The notes: generated from the letters alone by a model not told the origin. DNA of 58,451 nt from Candidatus Woesearchaeota archaeon (GCA_047602765.1 JBLKOL010000003.1:1-58451), one strand, 5' to 3'; numbered from the stretch's first letter, positions 1 through 10,367 are shown. Numbers and translations are program-made.

Positions 1-7
1 AAATAGA

Positions 8-31
8 TTCGCATAATGTATCTTATGCGAA
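8..31. repeat. Perfect 9-bp inverted repeat TTCGCATAA-N6-TTATGCGAA in a non-coding AT-rich stretch (operator or hairpin)
   Basis: Read directly at 8-16 and 23-31; function unknown. Confidence 0.45.
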
Positions 32-340
32 GGATACGAGTGATTTGACGACTAGCGTACGTGAGTGGGGATCTTGTGAGGGTCCGAATCGGTCGAATAC
101 GTTCGTTTCCCGCTTTTAGTGTGGATTTCGCTAGATTTGGGTGGTGTAGATGGTGTTTCGAGGCCGAACGTGTGTTTTGGTGTATACACGCATATTTAGC
201 ACATCGTATTAATGTGGCAAGTTATTATTGGGTTTGCTCGAATAATTTCGACACTGCTGCGTGTGCAAAGTATTGTATATATGATGAAATTTTTTAGTTG
301 GCGTGTGTTTGTGCCGAACCGATGTGTAAATCCCTTGGTT

Positions 341-1339
341 CTAGGGTGCATACTCTTCCTTGAACATCTTGAGCATGAGCAAGAAGTAGGAGAGTAAAAG
401 CGGTCCGACGACGATACCGATCAGGCCGAACGTCGGCACTCCGATGAACAGTCCTATGATCGTAACGAGCGGGTGGAGCTTGCCGAAGCGCCTCGTGAGC
501 GGGCCGCGGATGAAATTGTCGGCATTTCCGAAGAAAATCCCTGCGACGATAAGGATGATACCGACAGCCACCGAACCGGTGACCAGGTAGCCGGCGCCGA
601 ACACGCCGTAGATGAGCGTCACACCGACCAGCGGCAGGAACGAGAAGATCGCAGCGATCGCACCCCAGAAGAACGCTCCAGGAATAGAGAGTATCAGAAA
701 CATCGTAGTGAGCACGATCGCCTGCAGAATCGCGATGACGCCGGCAGTGAGAAGCGTTGCGTTCGTCACGAGCCTTACCTCATCGTAGAGTTTCGCTGAA
801 TGCTTCTTGCTGAACGGAGAGATTTCGATGAACTTGGAACGCACTTTATCGGCGTGGATGAGCAGGTAGTAGAACGTGAAGTAGAGGATCATGAACGAGA
901 TGAGCCCCTGACTGATCTGGCGTACCGCGGCTCCGAGCATGCTCCTGAGCCAGAGGACAACCTCGTCAACCCATTGTTCGAGGTTGAACTGTATCCCGAT
1001 TTGTTCAGCGAACACCGTGATGTTGGCTAGAAACGATTCGAGCACGTCAGGATTCTGAGCGAGGCGCGTGATCTCGTGGAAGAGCGTGTTCATCAAAAAC
1101 ACGAGCGGAACTATCACAGCAACGATAGAGAGAGCGATGATGATCACAGCGCTCGCAACCGGCGAGAGTTTGCGTGTATCGATGAGATATTGTTGCAACG
1201 GAGAGAAGAGGAAGAAGAAAATCACCGCTCCGAAGAGCGCTCCGATGAACGGCTGAAGCGCATACAGCAAGAAGATGCCGATCGCAGCGATCAGTACAAT
1301 CGCGAGAACCATCTTGAAAATCTCGGGTGGCTTCATCAT
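341..1339 (-). CDS. AI-2E/PerM family transporter
   Basis: 332 aa multi-TM protein; FLLYALQPFIGALFGA N-terminus, AIFSFLPLVG, DNFIRG and LHPLVTIIGLFIGVPTFGLIGIVVGPLL motifs typical of the family. Confidence 0.88.
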   Translation of the reverse strand: MMKPPEIFKMVLAIVLIAAIGIFLLYALQPFIGALFGAVIFFFLFSPLQQYLIDTRKLSPVASAVIIIALSIVAVIVPLVFLMNTLFHEITRLAQNPDVLESFLANITVFAEQIGIQFNLEQWVDEVVLWLRSMLGAAVRQISQGLISFMILYFTFYYLLIHADKVRSKFIEISPFSKKHSAKLYDEVRLVTNATLLTAGVIAILQAIVLTTMFLILSIPGAFFWGAIAAIFSFLPLVGVTLIYGVFGAGYLVTGSVAVGIILIVAGIFFGNADNFIRGPLTRRFGKLHPLVTIIGLFIGVPTFGLIGIVVGPLLLSYFLLMLKMFKEEYAP

Positions 1340-1597
1340 CCTATTCGAGTGTTCGGTCGGTTATATTCCTATCCATTAAGTAATTACTATATGCTATTTC
1401 TTAGCGAGTACTATAATGGTAGTGATTACATATCGTGCCGATTTGGAATGAGGAATATCTGCGATATGATGGAACGATATGCGCGTAATATGCTATGTAG
1501 TTTTGCGCTTCACGTGTATTGTGTGCGTGATTTGTGATGGTTATGTTTAATTATAGCGCAGAATATTCAAACCTCGAAAGCTCATAGAATCTGCGCA

Positions 1598-2821
1598 TCA
1601 CGCACCTTTTCGGAGTTGATCGCGTGCTTCGAGGGCTTGTATGACGCGCATGCAAGCGAGCGCATATGCCGCCTCTCGAAGCGATACCTTCTCTCGATCC
1701 GCATACGCGCGGACCCGATCATACGCGTGGATCATGCGCTTCGAGAGACGCTCGACAACGTCATCCTCATCCCAATAGAGGCCTTGACGGGACTGAACCC
1801 ACTCGAAGTACGAGACGACCACCCCGCCGGCGTTCGCGAGGATATCGGGGATGACAAGGATACCTCGCTCGGCGAGAACCTCATCGGCTTGAGGTGTTGT
1901 CGGACCGTTCGCAAGCTCGAGCACGATCGACGCACGAAGCTTCTGAGCCCGTGATGCGGTAAGCGTACCAGCGAGGGCTGCAGGAACCACGACATCGGCA
2001 TCGACAGCATAGATATCCTCAATGCCGCGAGATCCCGAGAGTCCGATGACCGAACCCGTCGTGCGCTTGTGCTCGTACGCCTCGAGAGGATCGATCGAAC
2101 CCATTATCGCGCCACGAGAATCGGAGACGGCCACGATCGAATGACCCGCTTCGGCGAGCAGACGAGCAGCATGGAATCCAGCATTACCATAGCCTTCGAT
2201 CGCGATCCGAGCCTTCGAAACACCCTTCTCTTCGAGCACGCGTAAGAGGATATCGACACCCCCTTTCGACGTCGAATACGACCGCCCCCTCGATCCTCCG
2301 AGAATCAGGTCTTTACCGGTGAAAGCACCAGCATGATAATCGCCGGAGAGCACTTGGTATTCGTCGAGCATCACGTTCATCAAACCCGGATTCGTATTCA
2401 CATCAGGAGCGGGAATATCAGTATCAGGACCGATCACGTGACGGAAGGCACGCACATACTCGCGTGCAACGCTCTTGAGATCTTGCATAGCATACCGCTT
2501 CGCATCGATACGCACACCACCCTTACCACCACCATACGGGAGCTCGAGCAGTGCGTTCTTGAGTGTCATGAGCGCCGAGAGCGCGACAACCTCATCCTCA
2601 TCGACATCCGGAGCGAAGCGGATGCCCCCTTTCGACGGACCGAGGGCGTGAGAGTGCTCCGAGCGGAACGCTTCGAAACGCTCGATACCCTTTTCGGTAT
2701 GGACGACGAGCTGAGCTTTCGTTACACGCTGAGGAGTGAGAAGCGCGGGAACCGCGTCGGCGCGGTCGATACGATTGAGCGTAGCGGTAATGAGCGAACG
2801 TACGGATTCGAGATCTGCCAT
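1598..2821 (-). CDS. gdhA: Glu/Leu/Phe/Val dehydrogenase (glutamate dehydrogenase)
   Basis: GPSKGGIRF, YGGGKGG, DIPAPDVNT, EGYGNAG, ELANGPTT and PDILANAGGVVVSYFEWVQ motifs. Confidence 0.95.
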   Translation of the reverse strand: MADLESVRSLITATLNRIDRADAVPALLTPQRVTKAQLVVHTEKGIERFEAFRSEHSHALGPSKGGIRFAPDVDEDEVVALSALMTLKNALLELPYGGGKGGVRIDAKRYAMQDLKSVAREYVRAFRHVIGPDTDIPAPDVNTNPGLMNVMLDEYQVLSGDYHAGAFTGKDLILGGSRGRSYSTSKGGVDILLRVLEEKGVSKARIAIEGYGNAGFHAARLLAEAGHSIVAVSDSRGAIMGSIDPLEAYEHKRTTGSVIGLSGSRGIEDIYAVDADVVVPAALAGTLTASRAQKLRASIVLELANGPTTPQADEVLAERGILVIPDILANAGGVVVSYFEWVQSRQGLYWDEDDVVERLSKRMIHAYDRVRAYADREKVSLREAAYALACMRVIQALEARDQLRKGA

Positions 2822-2844
2822 AGACCGGTAAGAGGAGACGCGCC

Positions 2845-2857
2845 GTTATAAGCGTTC
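2845..2857 (-). promoter_or_regulatory. BRE/TATA promoter of gdhA (GAACGC-TTATAAC)
   Basis: About 25 nt upstream of the ATG; similar AACGC/ATACGC-TTAWAA elements precede mscS, ndk, rpl7ae, the histone and tRNA-Met. Confidence 0.6.
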
Positions 2858-2873
2858 GGAACACATATTCTCA

Positions 2874-3566
2874 CTAGCCGACATAGAACATCTGGTTCTT
2901 CTCAGACATCGACTTAGCGCTCTTCGACTCTTTGAGGATGCGCTTGACGCGTTCTTCGAAGACCTTTGAGAGCTCTCGCAGCGCAGTAGCGTCCATACCC
3001 AGGTCGAACAGGCCGTTGAGCGTTTCGAGCAGTTGAGCGGCAGCCTCAGAATCGGGGATCGACACGTTCGCCTCACTGAAAATACCGACCGTACGATCCG
3101 GATAGCGCGAGAACACCTCAGCGCTCGTACCGAGGACCACACCCTCTTCGAGTCCCTCAGGAAGCGAGAGGCCCTCAGACGCCTTCTCATCCACGACGTA
3201 CGAGAACGTACGATGACCGTCCTCCATCGAACCGATCGATTCGAGAACGACGATACGAGCAGGATCGATATCCTCAATGACCGAAAAGAGTTCGTCGGAT
3301 GTTTCCGAATCGTTCGGCAACGGGATGAGCGCATGGATGTACACGATCGAACGACCTTCATCGAAATACGCCGACACCGGCCAGATCGGACGACCCTCGT
3401 GGATGGCGAGAAACGTCGAGGAGGCATCGTGGAGCGATAGGTGGCCGATCAAACGGGGCTTTGCGTGTTCGATAAGATGCTGAAGCGCGATCGAACCAGC
3501 CATACCGAAGCCAGGGAACCCTATGACGAGCGTCGGATGCTTCTTACCCAAAGAGCCGAGATCCAT
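2874..3566 (-). CDS. PAC2 family (proteasome assembly chaperone-like) protein
   Basis: LVIGFPGFGMAGSIALQHLIE N-terminus, PDSEAAAQLLETL..LF.L.MD...L.E motif, aromatic C-terminal tail QMFYVG. Confidence 0.85.
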   Translation of the reverse strand: MDLGSLGKKHPTLVIGFPGFGMAGSIALQHLIEHAKPRLIGHLSLHDASSTFLAIHEGRPIWPVSAYFDEGRSIVYIHALIPLPNDSETSDELFSVIEDIDPARIVVLESIGSMEDGHRTFSYVVDEKASEGLSLPEGLEEGVVLGTSAEVFSRYPDRTVGIFSEANVSIPDSEAAAQLLETLNGLFDLGMDATALRELSKVFEERVKRILKESKSAKSMSEKNQMFYVG

Positions 3567-3567
3567 C

Positions 3568-4233
3568 TTACTTCTTGCGCTTACGCTTCTTCGGCTTGGA
3601 TCCGATCCAACCCGTGATGAGATCGTGCACCTCGTCTTTCATACCGAAGCCGACCGCGATACCAACCGCCAGCGCAAAGGCGAGGGCGAACCCGAAGAGG
3701 ATGATCAGCAAAGCTTGTTGTATGAGCGCCGTATTCAAACCGACCTGGTCGAGCGCCATGATCGCCCCGAGCACGACAATCGCAACGAAGGCGACCGGAG
3801 CGAGGCGGTGGGCAACACCCTCACCGTGATCGATACGGATCTGGACCCAGCGACCGATCGCATAGAACACCATGAAGATGAGCAGCGCAGCGAGAACGCC
3901 CGGAATCCAGTACAATACGCTCGTGAGCGCACCCGCGATCAGATCCCATCCAAGACGCGTGAGCGCTTCGATCGAGAACGCGAGGATGATCGCGACCTCA
4001 GCGATGTCACCGAGCAGCTCAGAGACCTTGAGCTTACCGAAAATCTCACCGATGTGAAGGCGCGATACGAACTCGTCGAACTTGGCCCTTCTGAGGATGC
4101 CCATGACGATCCCTTTAACCAAGAACCCGAGCGCGATACCGAGCGTGATGAGCAGGAACGCGATAACGACGTTGACCAAGATCTGACTCCCAGCAACCGA
4201 GAGCCAATCCGCAATCCATGAAGCATACGACAT
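3568..4233 (-). CDS. CmpX-like membrane protein with MscS TM_helix repeats
   Basis: Repeated ILRRAKFDEF / YWIPGVLAALLIF segments, AFALAVGIAVGFG motif and basic tail; start reassigned to ATG 4233. Confidence 0.7.
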   Translation of the reverse strand: MSYASWIADWLSVAGSQILVNVVIAFLLITLGIALGFLVKGIVMGILRRAKFDEFVSRLHIGEIFGKLKVSELLGDIAEVAIILAFSIEALTRLGWDLIAGALTSVLYWIPGVLAALLIFMVFYAIGRWVQIRIDHGEGVAHRLAPVAFVAIVVLGAIMALDQVGLNTALIQQALLIILFGFALAFALAVGIAVGFGMKDEVHDLITGWIGSKPKKRKRKK

Positions 4234-4383
4234 TGGCAACCACCCCTTTCCCACGACTTCGTGGTGACTACGATCGTTTGAGACCGAACCGTATATAAAA
4301 TTATCTGAACTGTGGCAGTGAGCACAGCTCAAGATACCTCGCACAGTTCTCACATGAGCGATACGGTGTTAATGAGGCAACTA

Positions 4384-4956
4384 TTACAATTGCTTTTTGC
4401 GCCAAACAACGAGTGCTGCGCCCGCTATGATCGTGGTGATGAGAGCCAGCATGACAACAGCGAGCGTATCTTGTTGCTCTACTGAATCCTCCTCTACACG
4501 TGTATGCCCGCATTCGAACCCAAGGAACCGATGACAGTCGGAACATAATCGAGCACCGTCACAGTAATCCTCTTGGAAATGTGTGTACGATACGAGGCGG
4601 CCTTCATAGCGAATAGCAAGCGCCACGGCATCGGAAGGGAGCGGAATAGACAACCTGAAACGAGAAACGTCCGTTTGCGTGCGTTCAAGACGACCGTCTC
4701 GGTCCGTAATGATGCCAGCGCGTGGAGAATACTGGACTCTGCTCGCTATGGATCCTTGTGTGTTGGTGATTTCAAAGTCCCACACCTGTTCTGAACGGGA
4801 GAACGTGCTCGGAGGAGCATTAGCTAGGTACATCTCGAAAACCCTGATGTTCCCATCTGACCGGGCTTCGCCTTCGATCATCAGACTCTGGGAGCTGACG
4901 ATCGGCACCAGCGTTATCGAAACGAGCGCGATAAACACGATTCGTTCTAACCGCAT
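4384..4956 (-). CDS. Secreted protein with C-terminal TM anchor
   Basis: Hydrophobic signal peptide, Cys cluster, C-terminal TM followed by RKK; overlaps the stop of the upstream giant gene. Confidence 0.7.
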   Translation of the reverse strand: MRLERIVFIALVSITLVPIVSSQSLMIEGEARSDGNIRVFEMYLANAPPSTFSRSEQVWDFEITNTQGSIASRVQYSPRAGIITDRDGRLERTQTDVSRFRLSIPLPSDAVALAIRYEGRLVSYTHFQEDYCDGARLCSDCHRFLGFECGHTRVEEDSVEQQDTLAVVMLALITTIIAGAALVVWRKKQL

Positions 4957-7817
4957 GACTGTATCACGCTCCTCAGAGATGATTCTGAACGAATATGCTC
5001 ATAGCCCGCTGGTCCAAAGATGTTGTGAGGTGAGCAACGGTTCATGATGAACTCGTCGGTCTCAACCGCGCAGTCGTCTCGATTCACTCCTCGACACGCA
5101 TCGGCTCCAACAACATCACACGAAAGAAGCGAAAGACCAAGATTGAAGCCGATCTTTGTCATAATCGAATCAGCGACATCACGGACAGTAGAATACCTGC
5201 TGTCTAGATGAAGAAGGGGGTTACGAGAGAACAGATAGGGTGTGAGCGATGCAGTACCGTAACTCTCAGAGATCTCCCGCTTTTCCCACACGTTCAGCAT
5301 ACCGAGATCATTGAACATGATTCCGATGGCAAGATCCGCACGCCCGCCGACGTATTCGTCTGCGCATTGTTGTATCTCATCCATACATCGACTGTTCGAA
5401 TCGACCGTACGGTGCGGTTCGAGTGGATTTAATGGGCAGGATGGCGTATCGCAACGATCCACTGTTCTGAATCTGACCGAACGGCTCCGAACCATGGGAT
5501 CACACTCTCTGAGAGGGGTAGTGGCAAACAATCTCTGCTGTATGACGTAGGATAGTTCATCCAATACAGGCATCTCATCAGCCGAATAGTCTCCCAGCGG
5601 CACGAAGGCGACGTTAAACGTCGGATAGAAAATCGCTCCTTCAACCCGACACTCCCGCGTGGAAGGATCCCATGTCAAGCCCTCGCAACACCCTTGCTGA
5701 TCCGCTGCGACTTCTCCAGGTGCGGCACAGTATGCGCTACACATGAACTCTTCAGCATGTTGAGTGCAGAAACTGTTCCTCCCATACGCGTGAGGGATCC
5801 TACAATCATCTGAACTCATACAGTATGGAGTCTGCGCAGCGTGCGGTGTTGGACGTTCATCCGCCAAGAAACTGAAAAGGTAATCGCTCGGATGCTTCAA
5901 CCCAAACCTATTCGTGTATATTTCGTCCTCGAGAAACCCTGTATCGTGGTGTGCTCTGAAGCGCATGAAGTAGCGTCCCGTTTCCGCAGGGGTGTATTCG
6001 ACGATGTATTCATCTGCACTACCTTCACGATCCTCGACTTGGTGTCCGCTGCGTATCATCGGCACGATGTCAACACCAGCAGGACCGTCAATGATCGCAT
6101 CAACGCGGCTGATCTCGTACCCTGTGGCCTGTTCTTTGAGGTAGAGAACACGATCGATGGTCACCTGCATGAAGAACGGCTCGCGCGCATACATGCGAGG
6201 GGCCTCAGAGAAATCCGAGCTCGCGAGAGGACCCGCGCTGTGGTACGATACTTCGCCTATTCTGAACATCCTCAGGTTACGTATCCCCCCATCAGCAGGT
6301 CGTAGATCGATTTGCGCTGGGTCGATCGGTGGTTCCACCACGCGCACCGTAACCACTTGATCGTCGAAAAAGTAGTTGAGGCCCCTATGGCTCACGAGCA
6401 GTTTGAACTCATACTCCCCCGGACTGTCGAACGAGACGGTACTCGTATAGTGTCTTCCATGTTGAGTATCGTGCTCACGCCTAAGCTCGTGATCACACAC
6501 ATCACCCTCCGCAGTATAATGGCAGGCCAGAACGGTCGGCCGCTCAGGAACGTCTCCTCGGTGATCGTTTGGAAGAATCTCAGTGTTCAGCCTAGTGCTC
6601 AGAACGATTCCTTCACCTACCACTGCCTCGGATCGGTCTGCTCTAAAGAACAGTACTTCGGGAGTATCGTCAAAGTCTTCGATTGTAAGTGTTGCCTCAG
6701 TGTCAAGGATGTGTTCGGTTCCTTCATTATCGGTTATCGTGAACCTCACCGTGAACGTGCCAGGCCGCTCAGAAAACACGCCGTACAATGGGTGCCAAGA
6801 GTCGATCACGACGTCGTACCGGTGTCTTGTTCCCCCAATACCGCTAGGCCTCTCGTTCGTGGTATACTGGTCCAAATAGTGGGTTCCCACCCAGTACTCG
6901 TAGAACCCGGTGGGGCAGACATGATAGAGTACCGCTTCTTGTAAGACGTATCCTGATAAGATATAGATGAGCCCGCCATCATCCCTCGCCCTATCGAAGT
7001 GTCTAAACGGATTATACTGGGGAAGGGGCTTTGTGACCTCATCTACGCTCAGATCGCTGCACGGATGATAATTGGGCCCGAAAATCCTCGCCTTAGGGGT
7101 ATGCTCGAATCGTTCGTCAGGGACCGGAGAATCCAAGACGAGTGTGAGTACGATGGGCTCAGATGTGCTCGCTAAGAAATCCTGTTGTGATACTCGTGCA
7201 GGTCTGAAGAAGGAATCAACATCGAACCTGCTCGATCCAACCCGCTCATCGGAACCTGATTCCGCTCCAGGTCTGTGTGTCGTGTCTTCGGACTCTTGAG
7301 GGTATACGCGAAAGTCGTATCGGTAGTACTCTTCATGACGCATCCCTTCTTCATCTTCAGCTGTCAGGTCCATGTATGCGCTCCATTCATGGTACTCGCT
7401 GTGTTCGTGAGCCCCCGTGAACCGATCATAGTAGGGGAGTGTTGCGGTAATCGTGACTGTAGTGCCCTCCTGAACCCGTGTGATCGGTCGTTCGCGATCG
7501 ATATAATCAGCGTAGTAATTGAACCCTGTTGCCCTATTATAGAACCATACGTTCGTATGACCATAAACGACCGTGCGATCCTCGGTCGTCGAGCGAGCGG
7601 TGAATACCACATCCTGAGCGTACGAAGGGTTCGGTGAGACGCTCACCTCGTAGCGCCTTTCGCTCTCAGGCACAACCCGAAACACATAGTCGGATGCCTC
7701 CGAATCTGAAGGGTGCACGGTGAACTCTAGGTTTCGGTACTCTCTATACTTCTGTCCGGAGTCGTCGCGTTTGTCGATACGCAAATACGATCCAGTCGTT
7801 CGAATAGCGTTCGCCAC
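4947..7817 (-). CDS. C-terminal part of a large surface protein (Ig-like repeats, Cys-rich region, zincin-like C-terminal domain lacking HExxH); probably joined to 7744-9285 across a frameshift
   Basis: 956-aa ORF sharing the SPNPS..D.VF.A.S..TVTITATLP repeat with the upstream ORF; no signal peptide of its own. Confidence 0.75.
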   Translation of the reverse strand: MANAIRTTGSYLRIDKRDDSGQKYREYRNLEFTVHPSDSEASDYVFRVVPESERRYEVSVSPNPSYAQDVVFTARSTTEDRTVVYGHTNVWFYNRATGFNYYADYIDRERPITRVQEGTTVTITATLPYYDRFTGAHEHSEYHEWSAYMDLTAEDEEGMRHEEYYRYDFRVYPQESEDTTHRPGAESGSDERVGSSRFDVDSFFRPARVSQQDFLASTSEPIVLTLVLDSPVPDERFEHTPKARIFGPNYHPCSDLSVDEVTKPLPQYNPFRHFDRARDDGGLIYILSGYVLQEAVLYHVCPTGFYEYWVGTHYLDQYTTNERPSGIGGTRHRYDVVIDSWHPLYGVFSERPGTFTVRFTITDNEGTEHILDTEATLTIEDFDDTPEVLFFRADRSEAVVGEGIVLSTRLNTEILPNDHRGDVPERPTVLACHYTAEGDVCDHELRREHDTQHGRHYTSTVSFDSPGEYEFKLLVSHRGLNYFFDDQVVTVRVVEPPIDPAQIDLRPADGGIRNLRMFRIGEVSYHSAGPLASSDFSEAPRMYAREPFFMQVTIDRVLYLKEQATGYEISRVDAIIDGPAGVDIVPMIRSGHQVEDREGSADEYIVEYTPAETGRYFMRFRAHHDTGFLEDEIYTNRFGLKHPSDYLFSFLADERPTPHAAQTPYCMSSDDCRIPHAYGRNSFCTQHAEEFMCSAYCAAPGEVAADQQGCCEGLTWDPSTRECRVEGAIFYPTFNVAFVPLGDYSADEMPVLDELSYVIQQRLFATTPLRECDPMVRSRSVRFRTVDRCDTPSCPLNPLEPHRTVDSNSRCMDEIQQCADEYVGGRADLAIGIMFNDLGMLNVWEKREISESYGTASLTPYLFSRNPLLHLDSRYSTVRDVADSIMTKIGFNLGLSLLSCDVVGADACRGVNRDDCAVETDEFIMNRCSPHNIFGPAGYEHIRSESSLRSVIQSCG

Positions 7818-9285
7818 GAGACGGGTCGTGCGGACGTATTGAACGTTCTGCTGTTTGAGATTTCGGTAGTGTTGCGGTTATCGTGACCGTACCACCGTCT
7901 TGGATCGTTGATACGCGGCGATCACGATCCAAGAAATCAGCGTGCAAATCTAAACCAATAAGACTCTCGCTCGGCTGGGGTTGTGTGAATCGGCGGAATT
8001 GGACGTATGCCGATTCGATCGTGTGTTCCTCACTCGTCGATCGAGCGGTGAACACCAGATCGTCCTCGCCCGCAGAAGGCTCAGGAGGCGTGATGCTCAA
8101 CGTATACCCTCCATCATGTTCGAGAACCGTCCATTCGGTCGGCGACCTGCGTACGCCTGATGAGCGGATCTCGAAGGGTATCAGAGGATAACTGATCCAC
8201 CGAGTGCTCTCGGATCCGTATACCGCTTGAAGCCTCACCACCCACCCCTCATCGTGCCCCTTGGAGGCGAGCGGCTCGAACGGGATAACACCGCTGATCG
8301 TCGTGATTCCGTTGCTCTCAGTCACCCGCAACCGGTTCTCGCCGTAAAAATGCTGCGCGAACTCCTTGTACGGATGATCGGACAACAACCTACCTTCTCT
8401 TGAACGTGTTATGAGGGTATACGTTCCAGCGATATCGTTCACGTTATATACTTCAATCAGTACGTCATGGATCCTTCTGCTGTGACCGCTGATCGCCGTT
8501 TCAGCTACGAACGTGAGATCCGACCCATGAGAAGGGTTCGGAGTGATCGAAAAGAAGTACCCTCGATCATCCACATAGCACCTCTGCCCGCAATAGCGGT
8601 CAGGATCCCACGTATCCTCAGTCCAACCCTCACCTTCGATAAAGACATCCGGAAACTCCTCGGTGTACATCAGTCTGCAGTGAGCGACGCATGCGTTCGT
8701 CGAATCGAAGTCGAGGACGTATCCGTTCGAAACGTAGATCCGGCCATCCTCATCCGTACCGGTGAAGTAGATTTGAGGACGTGCTCCAACAGGGAGTCTC
8801 GACCATATTGGGACATCAATCCCGACTTCATAGACCTGATACCTTCCCCGATCAGTCTCGATCTCGTGTTGTTCCACACCTGCTGTTCGTCCCGTGAGGA
8901 TCGCAGCTGTAGGGCCGAAAGGAGCGGAGGCATACATGACGCCCTGAGTATCTTGGACTCCTGCTGGGTGAGCAGCAAAGGATTGAGGGGGTCCAGACCC
9001 CATGTCAAGTTTTGCCTGCACGTTGTGTAGACCTTCCGATACCTCAAGTATGACATGAAACCTGTTCTCACTGGTCTTTTGAATCTGTGGGGCTCTAAAC
9101 GCCTGAAAACTTGCCGTGAGCGATGGTCCAGCCGGCCCGGTTCCACCATCGACCACCGAATACATATCCAGCGTTCGTACGAACGACGCCATCTGACCGC
9201 TGAAGAGAATCACAACAACAACCAACACCACGATCACGATAATCGAGATGATCACGGCGTTAAGGGGCAGACCCTGACCTTTCAT
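7744..9285 (-). CDS. N-terminal part of a class III signal peptide (type IV pilin-like) surface protein
   Basis: MKG|QGLPLNAVIISIIVIVVLVVVVILF is a class III signal (K-G cleavage, Q at +1, hydrophobic stretch); start reassigned to ATG 9285. Confidence 0.8.
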   Translation of the reverse strand: MKGQGLPLNAVIISIIVIVVLVVVVILFSGQMASFVRTLDMYSVVDGGTGPAGPSLTASFQAFRAPQIQKTSENRFHVILEVSEGLHNVQAKLDMGSGPPQSFAAHPAGVQDTQGVMYASAPFGPTAAILTGRTAGVEQHEIETDRGRYQVYEVGIDVPIWSRLPVGARPQIYFTGTDEDGRIYVSNGYVLDFDSTNACVAHCRLMYTEEFPDVFIEGEGWTEDTWDPDRYCGQRCYVDDRGYFFSITPNPSHGSDLTFVAETAISGHSRRIHDVLIEVYNVNDIAGTYTLITRSREGRLLSDHPYKEFAQHFYGENRLRVTESNGITTISGVIPFEPLASKGHDEGWVVRLQAVYGSESTRWISYPLIPFEIRSSGVRRSPTEWTVLEHDGGYTLSITPPEPSAGEDDLVFTARSTSEEHTIESAYVQFRRFTQPQPSESLIGLDLHADFLDRDRRVSTIQDGGTVTITATLPKSQTAERSIRPHDPSRGERYSNDWIVFAYRQTRRLRTEV

Positions 9286-9425
9286 ACCGTGACCAGAGCA
9301 CACGGTGCTCATAAACCTTCGTGTTCGTACGAGAAGAATACGCCCCCGTAGTATTGGTCACCCAACGTACATGCTTCTCAGCGATGATGCGAAAGCTTTA
9401 TGTCCTCACACGCTCACGGACTCGC

Positions 9426-10172
9426 ATGGTAGGCTGGCTCATACTCGGAACCGTTATCTTCATACTGCTCATCGGACTCAAAGTCGTACACCAATACGAA
9501 CGAGGCGTCCTCTTCTTCCTCGGACGCTACCAAGGACTCATGAATCCGGGCCTCAGATTCGTCATACCCATCCTGCAGACGTGGAATAGGATCGACGTAC
9601 GCGTCATAGCCGTAGACGTACCCGACCAGGATTGCATCACCAAAGACAACATCTCAGTCAAAGCAGATGCGGTACTGTACTATAAGGTCTCGAACGCGAA
9701 GAGCGCGATCATCGAAGTACAGAACTACCACTACGCCGTATCACAGCTTTCACAGACGACGATGAGAGACGTTATCGGAGAAGTGACGCTCGACGAACTC
9801 CTCGCAGAACGCGATGGCGTCAGCAAACGCATACGACAGATCGTCGACAAAGCAACCGACCCGTGGGGTATCAAAGTCGAGAGCGTCGATCTCAAACACA
9901 TCGAACTCCCCTCGGATATGGTACGCGTTATGGCACGAGCCGCAGAAGCAGACCGTGAGAAGCGAGCGGTGATCATCAGAGCCGAAGGAGAACTCGAAGC
10001 AGCAAAGAACATGAGCGAAGCAGCACGCATCCTCTCGCTCCAAGGAGGAGCACTCCACCTGCGCACGCTCCAAACGCTCACCGAACTGAGCTCTGATAAG
10101 AGCAACACCGTCGTATTCGCCGTACCGCTCGAGATCCTCAAGGGCTTTGAGAATCTTGTGAAGAAGAAGTGA
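9426..10172 (+). CDS. SPFH/band 7 (stomatin-like) protein
   Basis: N-terminal TM, QYERGV.FFLGR, TKDNISV.AD, VDKATDPWGIKVESV and AEADREKRA motifs. Confidence 0.92.
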   Translation: MVGWLILGTVIFILLIGLKVVHQYERGVLFFLGRYQGLMNPGLRFVIPILQTWNRIDVRVIAVDVPDQDCITKDNISVKADAVLYYKVSNAKSAIIEVQNYHYAVSQLSQTTMRDVIGEVTLDELLAERDGVSKRIRQIVDKATDPWGIKVESVDLKHIELPSDMVRVMARAAEADREKRAVIIRAEGELEAAKNMSEAARILSLQGGALHLRTLQTLTELSSDKSNTVVFAVPLEILKGFENLVKKK

Positions 10173-10187
10173 CTACTCGGCATACAC

Positions 10188-10210
10188 CTCACCACGTACG
10201 AGTGGGTGAG
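10188..10210. terminator. Hairpin CTCACCAC-GTACGA-GTGG(G)TGAG between convergent SPFH and lonB genes
   Basis: Inverted repeat 15 nt after the SPFH stop; role inferred from position only. Confidence 0.3.
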
Positions 10211-10367
10211 TGCGGAATAGGAGTCTTTCGTCGTGTTGCGTACTTCGTTGTTGGAGCACACAGGGATCTGAAGCATGTGAGTGTTGAGCAATTAGGAGTC
10301 AGACTCTCGGTACACCGCTGAGAACTCAGCTTGGTGGTGCACAAACCAATCGTGTCGTGTGGTACTC

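Noticed and set aside
2874-2900. HbYX proteasome-gating tail on the PAC2 protein
   Set aside because: The tail is FYVG, with Tyr third from the end rather than penultimate, so it does not fit HbYX
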